A stretch of 64,000 nucleotides of DNA from Macrostomum lignano (taxonomy: Eukaryota). The position numbers and the translations under genes are program-made. The DNA lies in assembly GCA_002269645.1 (NCBI GenBank), contig NIVC01000719.1, positions 114,020 through 178,019 of the forward strand. The letters are read 5' to 3'. Shown here piece by piece: positions 25,113 through 45,384 of this stretch. Numbering within the stretch: position 1 is the first letter of the stretch; each line of letters opens with the position of its first letter. The notes below the pieces were generated by a model. The model saw only the letters and a program-made list of their open reading frames with translations, was not told the DNA's origin and did no database searches.

Positions 25113-26956
25113 TTTTAGTATTTACCCTTTTACTTGACTCTGATCGACATTCCGAATTCGGAAAATTACTGATTGGTCTTGCCCTTGCAATTTTCATTCA
25201 TTTTGGATTACTTACTAAATAAATTGATAGTGCAGTTTGAATCAGTTAAAAATTCGAACACTTTTCAGACTTTCAGACTTCCAACACAGAATTGAATGTT
25301 GACCTGCATCATGGTTGTCACAATGTCACAAACTCACATAACAGTATGAGTTAGGGTTTGCCCTTAGATTACAAAACCGTATGTACAATGGTAGATTGTA
25401 TAGTATGCAACTGAGTTGAATAATGGCCAAAACTCGAGTGCACGAGTGTCTATGGCCATTATTCAACGAAGTTGCATACTATACAAGTGCATTGTATTTA
25501 TACTTTCACTCAGCGCTCAGTCATTATTCCACACTTTTGCGGCCATTATTCCACACTTTTGTCGCTGCCATTATTCCACACTTTTTATCATGCTTCAATT
25601 GGCTGTTTTAAGAGTTGTTTTACCCATAGACGACTGAGTTGTGTGGCTTAGTTTGACCATAGACAACACTGATGAGTGCTGATTTTGCTTGCGTCTTGCA
25701 AGAAATCAGGAAAGCGAGTAGTGGGAGAAAAAGCTATTTGTCTTGTCAAACAACTATGGCTATAGTGCATCTCGTCAAACAGCCGCGCTTATTAATTGAA
25801 AAAATCTTCCTGTCGACGACTGAACGAACCGTGCGGCGCTACCTAGGAAGAAAACGCGACCATGCAGTCCTCAACGCCTCCACGGCTATAAACGATGCCT
25901 GAAAGCGGCCAATCGATTCAGTCGAGCAGCCGACAGTCCCAAAGAATCCCTGCTTGGATACTGCGGTACCAAAGAAGCTCATCAGACGAAGCTCATCAGT
26001 AGCATGCCAATTTAACCAAGACGTGCATCTTTCAAATGGTAAGTTCGGCAACTATACTTGAGCACCTGTATTTCTCCTTCATAGAAAACATTCAACATAG
26101 ACCAACTCCTTTTACAGTGCCAAATCATCAGGCTTAAGTGTCGAGCATCTGTGGAAACTGCGGCTTTGAGAACTGTGCATGTTTCACTTTGGGTGACAAA
26201 TTGATTTTTACATTGTCAAATTTCGACTACAAACTGATAAACTGCACTAGCTGTGACATTTATTATTAACTCTTTTCGTGTAGCTGGTACTTTAGTTTTA
26301 ATGATTTTTCCTTTTTGTTCATTTACTTCTTGTTGTTCTGTATTTACTAACAAAAATACTGAGCGATGGATTTTTTCAATCCAAATGTCTATGGTACACA
26401 TCAAAACTGTGGAATAATGGCCAAAATATTTTTTCATTGCGTCTGGGTAAAAGTATAATTACAATGTGCCCTCCCACCAATAGCCACTACGCTGACTTCA
26501 ATGCTAGAATTTATATTTTCTAAATTAATGCAACTCAAACGTAAAATCTCAACAAAGTTGACACCCGAATTATTTAAGCGCGATTTGTTGACGCCCAAAT
26601 CCATGCAATTTGCGGAAAATCGTGCGGGTTGGGCTCGAGTTACGAAACTGGACGATCATCAGAATTCGCAAATCTATGGTGTACATGTACACTTGACGGG
26701 TTCCTATGTACATACGTACGTATTGACGCTGCATGTATTTGGAAATCGTCGAACTGATACATATGTAAACTTATAGGTACGAATATAAAACTACATAACG
26801 AATGTGCAAAAGTCTATGGCCTGTAGCGAAGTGATAAAACTCGGTTTGAAAAAGGACATCAAGCATTCATCGCTCAGAAGTTCCGACTTCGCTAAGTTGA
26901 TTTCAAAAGACAGAGCCAGCTACCAGTGTCCAGGAAGCAGCGTATATAACTGACTA

Positions 26957-31205
<4,249 letters not shown>

Positions 31206-31489
31206 GATTACCGAAAGCTATACGCCGCGGTGCATAAAATTGAAGAAATCAATTACGTTTAAGTTGAATTTTCGTTTTGATTGATGCATCTCTTTAATTT
31301 TCTTGAAGAAAAAAACGTTTATTTAAAAGCAACTTTTGGCTTAGTCGATATACTCGTTAGTCCTTCCTACTTCATAATTTATACATGTACTCGTACATAC
31401 GCAGATGCGCTCGTATAAAAGTAAAAAACCTTTGCATCTATCAAAGCACTTAATTAGACCCACCTCTCCTTGTGAAATTTCTCTCTGCC

Positions 31490-31970
31490 TCTCAAACACC
31501 CCACTGCCTGCAAACTTTCTTTGCCCCTCAAACACCCACCCCACTCCCTGCACAACTTCTTTCTGCCCCTTAAACAACCCCACTGCCTGCACAACTTCCC
31601 TCTGCCCCTTAAACACCCCCACTGCCTGCACAACTTCTCTCTGCCTCTCAAACACCCCCACTGCCTGCAAACTTCTCGTTGCCCCTCAAACACCCACTCC
31701 ACTCCCTGCACAACTTCTCTCTGCAGCTCAAACACCCCCACTCCCTGCACAACTTCTCTCTGCAGCTCAAACACCCCCACTCCCTGTACAACTCCTCTCT
31801 GCAGCTCAAACACCCCCACTCCCTGTACAACTTCTCTCTGCAGCTCAAACACCCCCACTGCCTGCAAACTTCTCTCTGCAGCTCAAACACCCCCACTCCC
31901 TGTACAACTTCTCTCTGCAGCTCAAACACCCCCACTCCCTGTACAACTTCTCTCTGCAGCTCAAACACCT
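31490..31970. repeat. About 39-bp minisatellite
   Basis: CTGCAGCTCAAACACCCCCACTCCCTGTACAACTTCTCT units between the kinase and PSMC5 3' ends. Confidence 0.85.
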
Positions 31971-32786
31971 AGCCAACTCCTTTCAAAATTGCTCTTGCCC
32001 TGCACAATTAAATTCAATAAACACTTTGTAGTAACACAGGTGTGTACATATAATATGAAGAATGCCGCTAAAAATGAATGAAATAGCAAGCTGAGAGACA
32101 ACTAAATTTATTATTAAATCACAAACACTGTAAGTTACAAAATAAGACAACAGAAGCGCATCACAACAGTCTGAATAAGTAAGCAAACTGTCTAATTAAG
32201 CAAATATTATATTTATTTGTTGTTTAGTAGGATTTTCTTTATATACACAATAGAGGTTAATTATAATATATATAAGACTACTTGAAAGTGCATTTTGACA
32301 TTTAGAGTTGAAAGCAATGCAGACTGTACACGGCCACCAATCTGATCTTAAAAAGCATTTTTGAAGGCTGATTCAATATTTGTAATAAAACAACAGGCCT
32401 TCAAACAGCTTCTATAGTAGTGCTTAATCGTAAATCCCAGTAATTGAAAAGCTTGCATTTTTACCTGAACCGAACTCAAAATTTTGATGAAGAGAAAAGA
32501 ATACTAGCACCAATAAAGCCATATTTTGACATATTTCAAAATTTAGTGGGACCAAGGTGCGTGTTTACGTTGAATCAATGCAAAAAGACTGAATGTACTT
32601 TATACTATTCACGCCTACCGAATATGCATGAGGTGATTGCTAAAACTTGAAATGAATTTTAAATAACTGCAGACAGTAAGAAGCTGACATAAAAAGTCAA
32701 TCATTTCTTGGGTAAACAGGACGCAGGTGCAGAATCCAACATCAGTGACCTGCTGGTCAGTTATAAGTATTATAGCAGTAGCGACT

Positions 32787-36101
<3,315 letters not shown>

Positions 36102-36893
36102 CTGGATGGAGATTAGTGTATTATTGTAAATAGATTTACATAATTACTATATTTACATATGGATTAGCATTGAAAAGCTAAGGACTACTAAAGTAGTGAT
36201 TGTGTGATTCTTACCGGCTAATTTCTTAGAAAAAAATACACTGTGGAGATAGTAAAACATCATTTTTCAACACAAAATCAATGAAAAATTGCATTTGATC
36301 TGGGGCAGTGAAGATTATCTTTCTTTTAATCTGTTCTGCACAACATGTTACTCTGTTGTATTTTATATAGTTTTGCAGTGAAAGTTTCATTCTCATTTTG
36401 TTTTCTTTTTAATTCATAAGCCCAAGCCAAAGTTGTAAATACTCATAAATGAAATTCTTGTTTTGTCACTTTTTAAATCAAGCATATTTGTAATAAACTT
36501 GTTGCATATGAGTAGTCATGGCTTTAAGCAAGGCCTTGGCCTAAAAGTACCTAGATGAAACTTTTTTCAAGAAGCAACAAAAATTGCAATAGCTATCTTC
36601 TTACTTAGTGAGAAAGCAAATAATGATAGCAACAGTTTAAATTACCACTTACTAACAGTGTCTCATTTATAAAATGTACAAGAAGAATGAATATAACAGC
36701 ATTTATCTACACCATAACAATGTATAAGGCATCAAAAATCTCTATTTCATAAGTCTTTGATCCCCAAGGACTTAAGAGTTCCTTCCTTTTAAACAAATGT
36801 ATAAAATAGACAAAATTTATTCATTTCTACTGCTCTACTTTTACCAATGAAATCAAATTATTAAGTGGCCAAAATTACCAAACATGGAAACTA

Positions 36894-39578
36894 TGAGGGG
36901 TGTCCCAGAAGTAGTGTCATTTTTGCTTGCTTCGACAAGTATTAATGTGTGTTTAAAAAATCATATGCCTTAAAAGTTAGCGGCTTATTTTAGCTTTCAT
37001 GCCATGAAAGTCTGATTTTTATAAGTGCTTCCTGAAATATACACTACATAGTACTTCATGCTTACTCAGAAGAAAGCCACAAGTAGAGCTGATCAAGCAC
37101 AGAGTTGCAAGACAGCAGCTGCAAGATTTGTTCTAGTCATGGACCCAGGGACAACTAAAACCCTCGGGACGCGAAACGAGCCAATTCATGGCAAAAAATC
37201 TGAGGGGCTTGCTTAAAAGTATTGTTCTATGGCTTTTTCAAGTTTTCTATTATATCAAGAGAAGCATTTTTTATTCACTTGATGAAATGCCAAGAAAGTG
37301 CAGCATATTTCCGTGCTCGTCAAATTACAACTCTGAAGCCGTTCGAACACAGACATTTGCATTTCCCAGAGATCCACAGGAGCGAGAGCGATGGAGAAAG
37401 GCGCTGCCAAATATTCTCCAGGTAAGAAACCAGATCATTTGCTGTCATTACTGCTGCATAATTCCGCTTCAATTCTGCATGCCAGTCTCATCCAAACAAC
37501 TTGAAAACCCAAAATTTATTATTTTAGAGAGTGAGTGACAATATGGGTGTGTGCGTAAAGCATTGGCCAAGCGATGCTCCAATGGTCAAGAAAAACTCTA
37601 CCGAAAGGCCAATTAATCCTCCTTCTGTTTTTAATGGAGTTCCTAGCTTGTGTTTTGTTCAGAACCAAGGTACATAACTTAAAGATTGCTCAACACTTAG
37701 CGTCTATATCGATTTTGCCGCTCACAATTATCTTACTTTTATTTTTACTATTATTTTAGACCAGGACTGACAGGCCAAAAAGCGCAGTGTTCTTTCTGAC
37801 ACGAGGTGCGGCGACATCGATGAGATGGACGCTTTTCAGCTGCTTGATTTTTTGCCGGCATGGGAAAGTTTTCGAGCTGAGGTAAAAAATTCGGATGTCG
37901 TATCTCGACATGCACTGAACACAGCTATTCTGAACGAAGACGTTTACTTGTTTACGTTAGATAAAGATGGAGACCTGTCTGTTGTCTGTCGTGCGGTGCA
38001 AAAATTCCGACACCAATCCCCAACGTGAAGTCGAAGTGTTGCGTTTGTTAGTAGAATCAGTGATGATATAGATTCTGACTCTGATTTGGATCCATCGCTT
38101 CAGTTTTTGATTCGACAACTTAGCCTTACACTAGTAAATCGGAACAATCGCCGCTATGACATTTCACTAGTGCGACAGTCAGCTTCGCTCTACTATATCG
38201 CAGGTAAGCTGGATATTAATTAAAATTTAATTCACAACGAGGTTTTACACAATCTCATAAAAACAATTGAAACCGTGCTTTATTGGAAATTGACAGGTTA
38301 TACAGCGACTAAAGAAGGCATCAAAGGAACAGATTTGATATCAGAGACGAGCATTCCAGCCAGCGAATTCACTGAAGAGTTATCTTGCAGAAAGCTTTGT
38401 CATCCTCCACAATGGCTGTTAGACTTATCCCTCTGCTACAGCAGTTTTATTCTGCACTCTCCTACGTGCGCAACTCGCGTGCAGAAGCTGTTTTATGTTA
38501 TTAAGGACTTTTACTTTCCAACTAAGACACAGTTCAGCATGGACAGTGTGTCCCGTCGGCTAGCCAACGTTTTTTTCAAAGGACTAGTAAGACGCTCGTC
38601 AAAACTCCCACCAATACCGACGACATCCCATGATAGAAAGCTTTGGAAGTTAGATGCTCAGTAGGTGAAGTTCCAGCGTTTCCTTTATGTACGAGCTACT
38701 GACTGTTTGTGTCGTCTTGTCCTTGGAGTTCCGTATTTGCTTCTATCTTCTTGCCGTTGGAGTTTCATCTTCGCTTTCATCTTTTATCTTCTTGCCGTTG
38801 GAATTATATCTTTGCTTTCATCTTTTATCTTCTTGCCATTAGAGTTTTTTTGTAGATATGGCGGTTACTTTATTGTAAATACATTGTAATTATATCACTG
38901 GTTCCTATTCTTTAAATTAAATACTCGACATTGCCTCACTTTACTATTTAATCTAACCGTTAATGCTTGATAGCAGAGAAGACTTGAAAAAGCCATAGTA
39001 CAATACTTTTAAGCGAGCCCCTCAGATTTTTTGCCATGAATTGGCTCGTTTCGCGTCCCGAGGGTTTTAGTTGTCCTTGCATGGACCCTAACTTTTAGAT
39101 AAGTTGGCAACATATTACCGGCCAGCCTCAAACTGTTTGATCCACCTGTAAACTGTTGCCAATTGATGGCATCAGGAGTTGGGACTGTGAATGTGGGTCA
39201 GGTTTTTGTGAATATCAGGGAATTTCTGACCAAGACTCAAAAGTGTAAAAACTGTGTCTCCACCCTTCTGTAGAGTGAAAGTTAGGGTCCATGACTAGAA
39301 AAAATCTTGCAGCTGCTGTCTTGCAACTCTGTGCTTGATCAGCTCTATTTGTGGCTTTCTTTTGAGTAAGCATAGAAGCACTATGTGGTGTGTATTTCTA
39401 TGGCTAAGGGTATGCAAACAAATGCATGCTGCTTACACAGCAAGAAGCACTTATAAAAATCAGACTTTTTTGGCATGAAAGCTGAAATAAGCCACTAACT
39501 TTTAGCACATAATATTTTTTAACATACATTAATACTTATGGAAGCAAGCAAAAGTGACAACTTCTAGGACACCCCTTT
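36894..39578. mobile_element. Tc1/mariner-type foldback MITE (about 270-bp inverted arms) interrupted by a P-like element
   Basis: Termini TA-TGAGGGGTGTCC ... GGACACCCCTTT-TA. The left arm (36894-37145, continuing at 39080) is the reverse complement of about 39278-39578. Confidence 0.75.
37146..39079 (+). mobile_element. Internally deleted P-element-superfamily transposon encoding a THAP domain
   Basis: TIRs about 115 bp (CAGGGACAACTAAAACCCTCGGGACGCG...) and a perfect 8-bp TSD CATGGACC. Spliced ORF 37287-37421, 37528-37669, 37760-38203, 38297-38664 encodes a THAP C2CH finger (MPRKCSIFPC...FPRD...W...VCVKHW...PSVF) and a P-transposase-like C-terminus (YYIAGY), with two in-frame TGA codons. 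Confidence 0.8.
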
Positions 39579-40149
39579 TAGATATGGGAAATATATATTC
39601 TCATAACTATATATTTGGCCTATGCCTAATAAACCTTAATGTCTATAATATTCTATAGCCATATCCATAGCTATGATAAAACTCAGCCTTCCTGGACTTT
39701 AGGTACGTAAAATATTTCCAATTTCCTAATTTTTTTGAAACTTTCACCAGAGTCTTAGAGGCTGTCCAAAATGATAATAAAGCAAAAAAACTACAAAAAA
39801 TTACCCTCAGAGGTAATAGGAGGTTTATTTGTTAATCTCTTATATAACTAGTATTAATTTGATCCAAGTAGTTTTGGAGAATTGTGTGTTTAAAAGTTGA
39901 ACTTTTTTTAGAATTATAACTTTCTATTTTTAATGTAAATATTATCCAAAATTTGATGAATTCATCCTAAAAAAACATTTAGAACATTTGAGTTTTATCT
40001 CTGAAAAAATAGTGTCTATTCTAATTTTCCTTCACTCAATTTGTTAAGTGCAGTGAGAGTGCCACATCAGTTTACTGTTTTTAAAAAATGCTGACTCACA
40101 GTTTCCCTCATTTTTTTATTTTTAAGCTTTATTTCAATTTTTCCCCTAG

Positions 40150-40780
40150 GACCTCCCCCCTCAGTCTCCAAATTTATCTACCTAATCTTCAATAGACTTC
40201 CATGCCTTTTGAAGTTTAGGTATATAAAATCAATCCATATAAAGATTCTCCCCATCCTAAAATCCCACATTTCCCATGCTGCAGTTGTTGACAGTTGTCA
40301 GCCCCCCCCCCCGAGACCTCCCTCAGTCTCCAAATTTATCTACCTAATCTTCAATAGATCTCTATGCCTCTATTGAAGTTTAGGTATATAAAATAAATCT
40401 CCATGAAGATTCTCCCGGCCCTAACATCTCCCATTCCTCATGCCTCAGTTGTTGGTAGTTGTCAGCCCCCTCCCCTCGAGACTCCCCCCTCCCCTGAGAC
40501 TTGCCCCCACCCCTTCAGTCTTTGAATTTATCTACCTAATCTTCAATAGACTCCTATACCTCTATTGAAATTTAGGTACATAAAATCAATCCCAACCCCA
40601 TGAAGATTTTCCCCACCCTAAAACCCCCCATTTCCCATATCCCGGTGGTTGGCTTTAAGCTACAAAAAATGAAGCTCAAATTTGAAATCAGCACCATCAA
40701 AAACCCATATAGAGACAAAATTATGATCCTATTGAAACTGCAACTATTTTATCTACCTAAAGTTCAGAAAGGCCCAAATT
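40150..40780. repeat. Degenerate tandem repeat, about 165-190-bp unit, about 3 copies
   Basis: Recurrent CAGTCTCCAAATTTATCTACCTAATCTTCAATAGA motif near 40160, 40325 and 40515. Confidence 0.7.
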
Positions 40781-41496
40781 TCTGGTTGTAGGCCTACTAA
40801 TGATCTAGACTATGGTCATGGGAGGGGAGTAAAAAGGATTACCTAGCTTAATACTATATTAGGCCCCCTATATATATATCTGTATAGCATTGCAGCTTTG
40901 CAGCCAAAACGCCTATAATTAAACTGGTTTGTAGGCAACATGGACTATGGCCCTTTTCAATATGCAGTAGGCCTATAAATAAAAGCTACACTTACCACAG
41001 CAGCCATTATTCTTATATTTGGTTGGCTGGATCTGGTCTGAAAATTTCCAACTAATAAAAAATATAGTAATAATACTTTTAGAAGCACTGTCAAAAATAA
41101 GTTAAACTTTAAAGCTTTGCTTAATTCAAATCTTGAAATTATTAAGCAATAGGGCTACTGCAATAGCACTGGCTACGAGTAGGTCTTTGTAGTACGCCTG
41201 TAAGTATAGTCTGATAAATTCGGTGTTTAGTAATAGTTTCCAAAGAGAATAGTTATTAAACGTAAAAATATACTATGAAGAGCAAGTGAAATGGATTGTT
41301 TCTCGGAATCAGAACATATCAATGTATTGCGTGCAGAATGATTAGCCACTTTTTAAATACTTTATGAGATATAACAATTTGTTACTGCTTTAAACATTAT
41401 TGAAAATTTAGTAAACAATATGACCAGTTTAAAGAAGTAGAAATTTTTGTATGTATTACAAACTTACTATTTTTCTTTACATAGAAATTTAAACAT

Positions 41497-42200
41497 TGTC
41501 CACGTTAATGCGCTCAGTCACAGTCCGTGTGAGAATCTGGAAAATTGGAGGAGAGGTCCGTGTGTGACGAATAAGGCGAATAAAGACGGATTTGTGTAGC
41601 GGTTAATTTAGATAGTTCACGATTAATTAGCAGATCGGCAAGCCGCTTCAACCCTCAGACTTTTGCTAATGCTACTTAAAATTGCTGGATCACTTAATTA
41701 ATTAATTGGTGTGCCAAGGTAGACGGCGGAAGAGTTGGTGTAAGGAGGCCAGACAGCGTCACAGCTAAGGGTTAGCGAGCCTAGGTCGAGAAGCGAAGCA
41801 AGGGGAAGGGCGAGAGCGGCTGCTGACTGTAGTGTAAGCATATATTTAAAGGTAAACAGATAACAACAACACCCTTAATCCAAAACCCAGACAAACAACC
41901 CCCCACGCGGCGCGCAATGTACATGTACAAATTAATCGATAAATATATCGTGCAAGAATAACATACGTCAGTACAAGTACATAGGTAGAACTACTTTACG
42001 AGAAATAATAACGATATGAATGAATTACAAATAATAGAATAAATACATACGAGGCTACAAAAACAAAGCAATTAACAGTAAAAATAGCGCGCTGATAATA
42101 CGTACGAATAATGGAAGAATACAGTAGTAGTACGGTATGCATATGAAAATAAAGAAATACGATACGCGCTTCTACGAATCACACTGTCACACGTGCGACA
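41497..42200. mobile_element. Possible solo LTR or LTR remnant
   Basis: TGTC...GACA termini, AATAAA about 50 bp before the 3' CA, followed by TTGGGGTGGCG (PBS-like). No matching TSD found. Confidence 0.3.
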
Positions 42201-42650
42201 TTGGGGTGGCGAACGGTGCAGGCCTCTGACTCTACACGCGCCCAGATGGCGAAGTTCAGTGGGTTTTACATGTAAATCCGGTGACTGCGGTGGCCAAAAG
42301 AATATGTCTCCAGAACGACATGTTCTTGGCCAACCAATTCTGCACGATAGTGGCTATGTGCGCTAGGGCCCCGTCCGGCTGAAAAAACGTAAGGCTTACC
42401 AGCTGTGATCCTGCATGGTGACCCACGGAAGTAGTTTCCTGTCTTGCCTGGGGCAAGCAGACACTTGAGTACCAGTGACCAGTCACTGTGGCACCTTCCT
42501 CGAGTAGAGTGGGTGGCAGGATGCCACACCGCCGGAAGAAGACTGCTGTCATGACCTTGCCGACACTTCTCTCGCGTAAGAATCTGATTGGGGCATCCTC
42601 TTCTTCCAATCCACTGGGATTTCGTCTCTGGGTCATAAAAGTAAACCCAA

Positions 42651-45191
42651 CCCTAGATGAAGTTCTGTTTACTCATTCTTGGCAGATCTGTTCTTACTTA
42701 AATTTCTTAACAGATCTGTGAACTTTGGTTAACACATTCTTAACAGATCTGTTCTTACTTAAATCTCTTAGCAGATCTGTATCTGCTTTTGTCTTACAAG
42801 ATCTTACAAATCTTTGCAAGCCATTTTTTATTGTTTAATACGTAAAAAACATTCGTGATTTTTTAGAAAATACTTATGAGGTAAAGAGAAAACAAAATTT
42901 CTAACTGTATATCAGAAAAAAGACTTTCGTATATTTTCACATTTCTCTGCTGGATCTTGTCAGATCAGTTCTTGCAGATCTGTACAGACCAGTTTTGAAA
43001 AGTGTCTGAATTGTTTTTTTCCACAAAATATTTAACATAATAGTAATTGCGTTTTTTAATGATTTGTATTTATTTTAGTTGTTCTTCTGGCAGCCAACAG
43101 TAAATGAATTTGTTTAAATATTCTTTCTGCAGTTCTGAACATAGTGGACCCTTATAGTTTGAATTCTCGCTCTTGCAATAATCTCAGTTCTTTCTTTTGA
43201 CTTTGCCGAATACGTAATTTTTAATTCCTTAAATTGTTTCATAGTGTAGTATCACTATTTTTTACTTTTTTAGCCATAATAACTTTTTTGATTAAGTATA
43301 GCTATGGCTTTAAATGAAGAGCAGATTGCGTCATCAATTAAAAAAATTTGACATAATTGACAGACTGACTATAAAATGGATGATATGCTATATATATATC
43401 TATATCATATATATATCTAGGCTTGTTTCCTACTCCCAGGCCTATAAGTATGAGTAGGCCTAGGCCTATGACTTTGTTCTATGCTTTAATAGAAACAGAA
43501 TGCATGTCTAGACCTAGTGATGTCCATTAATAATTCATTAATCCATTAATAATTCAGAAATTCAGTTACATACATAGATCAGTATTTTTGTAGTCTTTTG
43601 CATTTCATTATATTATATTTATATATACCTAGTTCTAGCCCCTAGGCTAGGGCTAGGCTAGTTCTAGTGACCTAGCTAGTAAGTAAATCTTAATTAAATA
43701 GGTCTATTCTGTTTTTGTTTGTTTTATATATGCTTATCTAGATTTATAAATAGGTAGACTGACATATCTGTAAAACTTGGTTTTAATCCCTCCTTGATTT
43801 TAAACACTTAGGTTAAGAATGTAATGTCTATTTTTAGTAAATAGTGTTATAACTAGGCTTATCATTTTAATTTTAAAATAAAATAGGCCCTACTCTACTA
43901 AAAATTGTAATTGCTATATAGGGTATAGTTTTTCTGAATTAGAATTAAACCTGGATGCTTAAATATAGGCTTGTGGTTGTTAGAAAGTTATCTTAAGCCT
44001 TGACCTACTATTTGAAGAATATAGATAGGCATAGCAAAATCTAAAATTATTTATACTAGATAAGCCTAGATAAATAATATGAAAAATATAGAATAGAAGA
44101 AAAACAGGTCTAAATTTAATTAGACCAAAGAACTTTTACAAAAGTTATTACTCTGACTATTTAAAAACATAACAATGATATTTGTTTTATGTTTTAGTTA
44201 TTTTGAATTGAATATTAATGTTTAAAATCCCAGAACTTTACTAAAATTTTCCCTTTCATTGCAGCTACTTTACATGGTCAATATGGCATCGCTACTTATG
44301 GGTTCCAAGCTTGTCTTTATACAAATGATTGCTAAAAGTGGCAAGCATCCTATGATTGCTAAAAGAAAAAATGAAGCCAGCCTAAAGTAAAAATGCAACA
44401 TGATAAAGAGCCCTAAAGTATTACTAAGAGCTCTTATAGACCTACTTTTATTGATAACAAAGTAAGCTTTCTAGCAATATTGACTTTAAAATCTTTCAGT
44501 ACTGGACTCTTTCAGTTTCAATTATTTGCAAACCAATTTAATTGTACATTGTAGTAAAAGATGCACCTGGTTTTTTTTCAAATGTTTCTGCTTCTATTTT
44601 TTAGTTTCTAAAAGTATTGCTCACCCTAATTTTATTAGTCCATTGTACCATTAGTATTTTTTCTATTGAATGTGTGCTTAACTTTTGTTTTGAAGTTGAC
44701 TTATTTTTTGCTTGTGCTATTTCCCTTGTGCATACAAGTTTTATTTCATGAGCATATATGTGTATTTGTTTACATTTTCACAAATAAATATGTCTACTTT
44801 ATTTTAATTGTTCAATGGCATTTGCTTTTGTTCTGGCAGCTTACTAGCACAATACTAAAAGTGCAGAATCAAATAAGAAAGTCCTGTCATAACTCGTGTT
44901 CTTTATTGGAATTAAATTAGTGCATTAGGGTTTTATAAATGGATTACTAAACAGATCTTGGAAGATTTGATAAGACGGACAATGCATTCAATTGGTAAAG
45001 CTTAATACATCTTACAAGATCTGCCCAGATCTCCTAAGATCTGCTCGTGCAGACAGTGCAAGATCTTCCTGCAGATCTTGTAAGTTCTGCCTATACATTT
45101 TAATAGTGCAGATCTGTTACGTTCTTGCAAGAACGTAGCGAGAAGCTCCAGACAGATCTGCTAAGAAATGGCATGACGATTTCATCTAGGG
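42651..45191. mobile_element. Non-autonomous TIR element (CMC/EnSpm-like), copy 1
   Basis: Ends CCCTAGATGAA / TTCATCTAGGG; multiple subterminal AGATCT palindromic repeats at both ends; 2541 bp; no intact transposase. Confidence 0.8.
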
Positions 45192-45384
45192 TCATATACA
45201 TTTTTAGGGCGCACACAGTAGACCACTAGCGCGTAAGCGCTCGCAGAACAGGCAGGAGGAGCAGGCAGCTGCCTGAGGGGTCAGTGCAAGCGCCTGCAAG
45301 TCAGCAATGAGGCAGTCCGTCAGAGTGGCAGTGCAGGCCGGGCCGCGGCGCAGTTGCTCGGTTGACCGGTGCAGCAGAGCCTGA

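Noticed and set aside
36215-36240. 26-nt exon-like segment as the PSMC5 start exon
   Set aside because: No ATG, and a TAG stop in the frame needed to join exon 36101.
37760-38030. Selenocysteine or programmed readthrough at the two in-frame TGAs of the THAP ORF
   Set aside because: No SECIS or readthrough context identified; CGA-to-TGA mutation in a decaying transposon is simpler.
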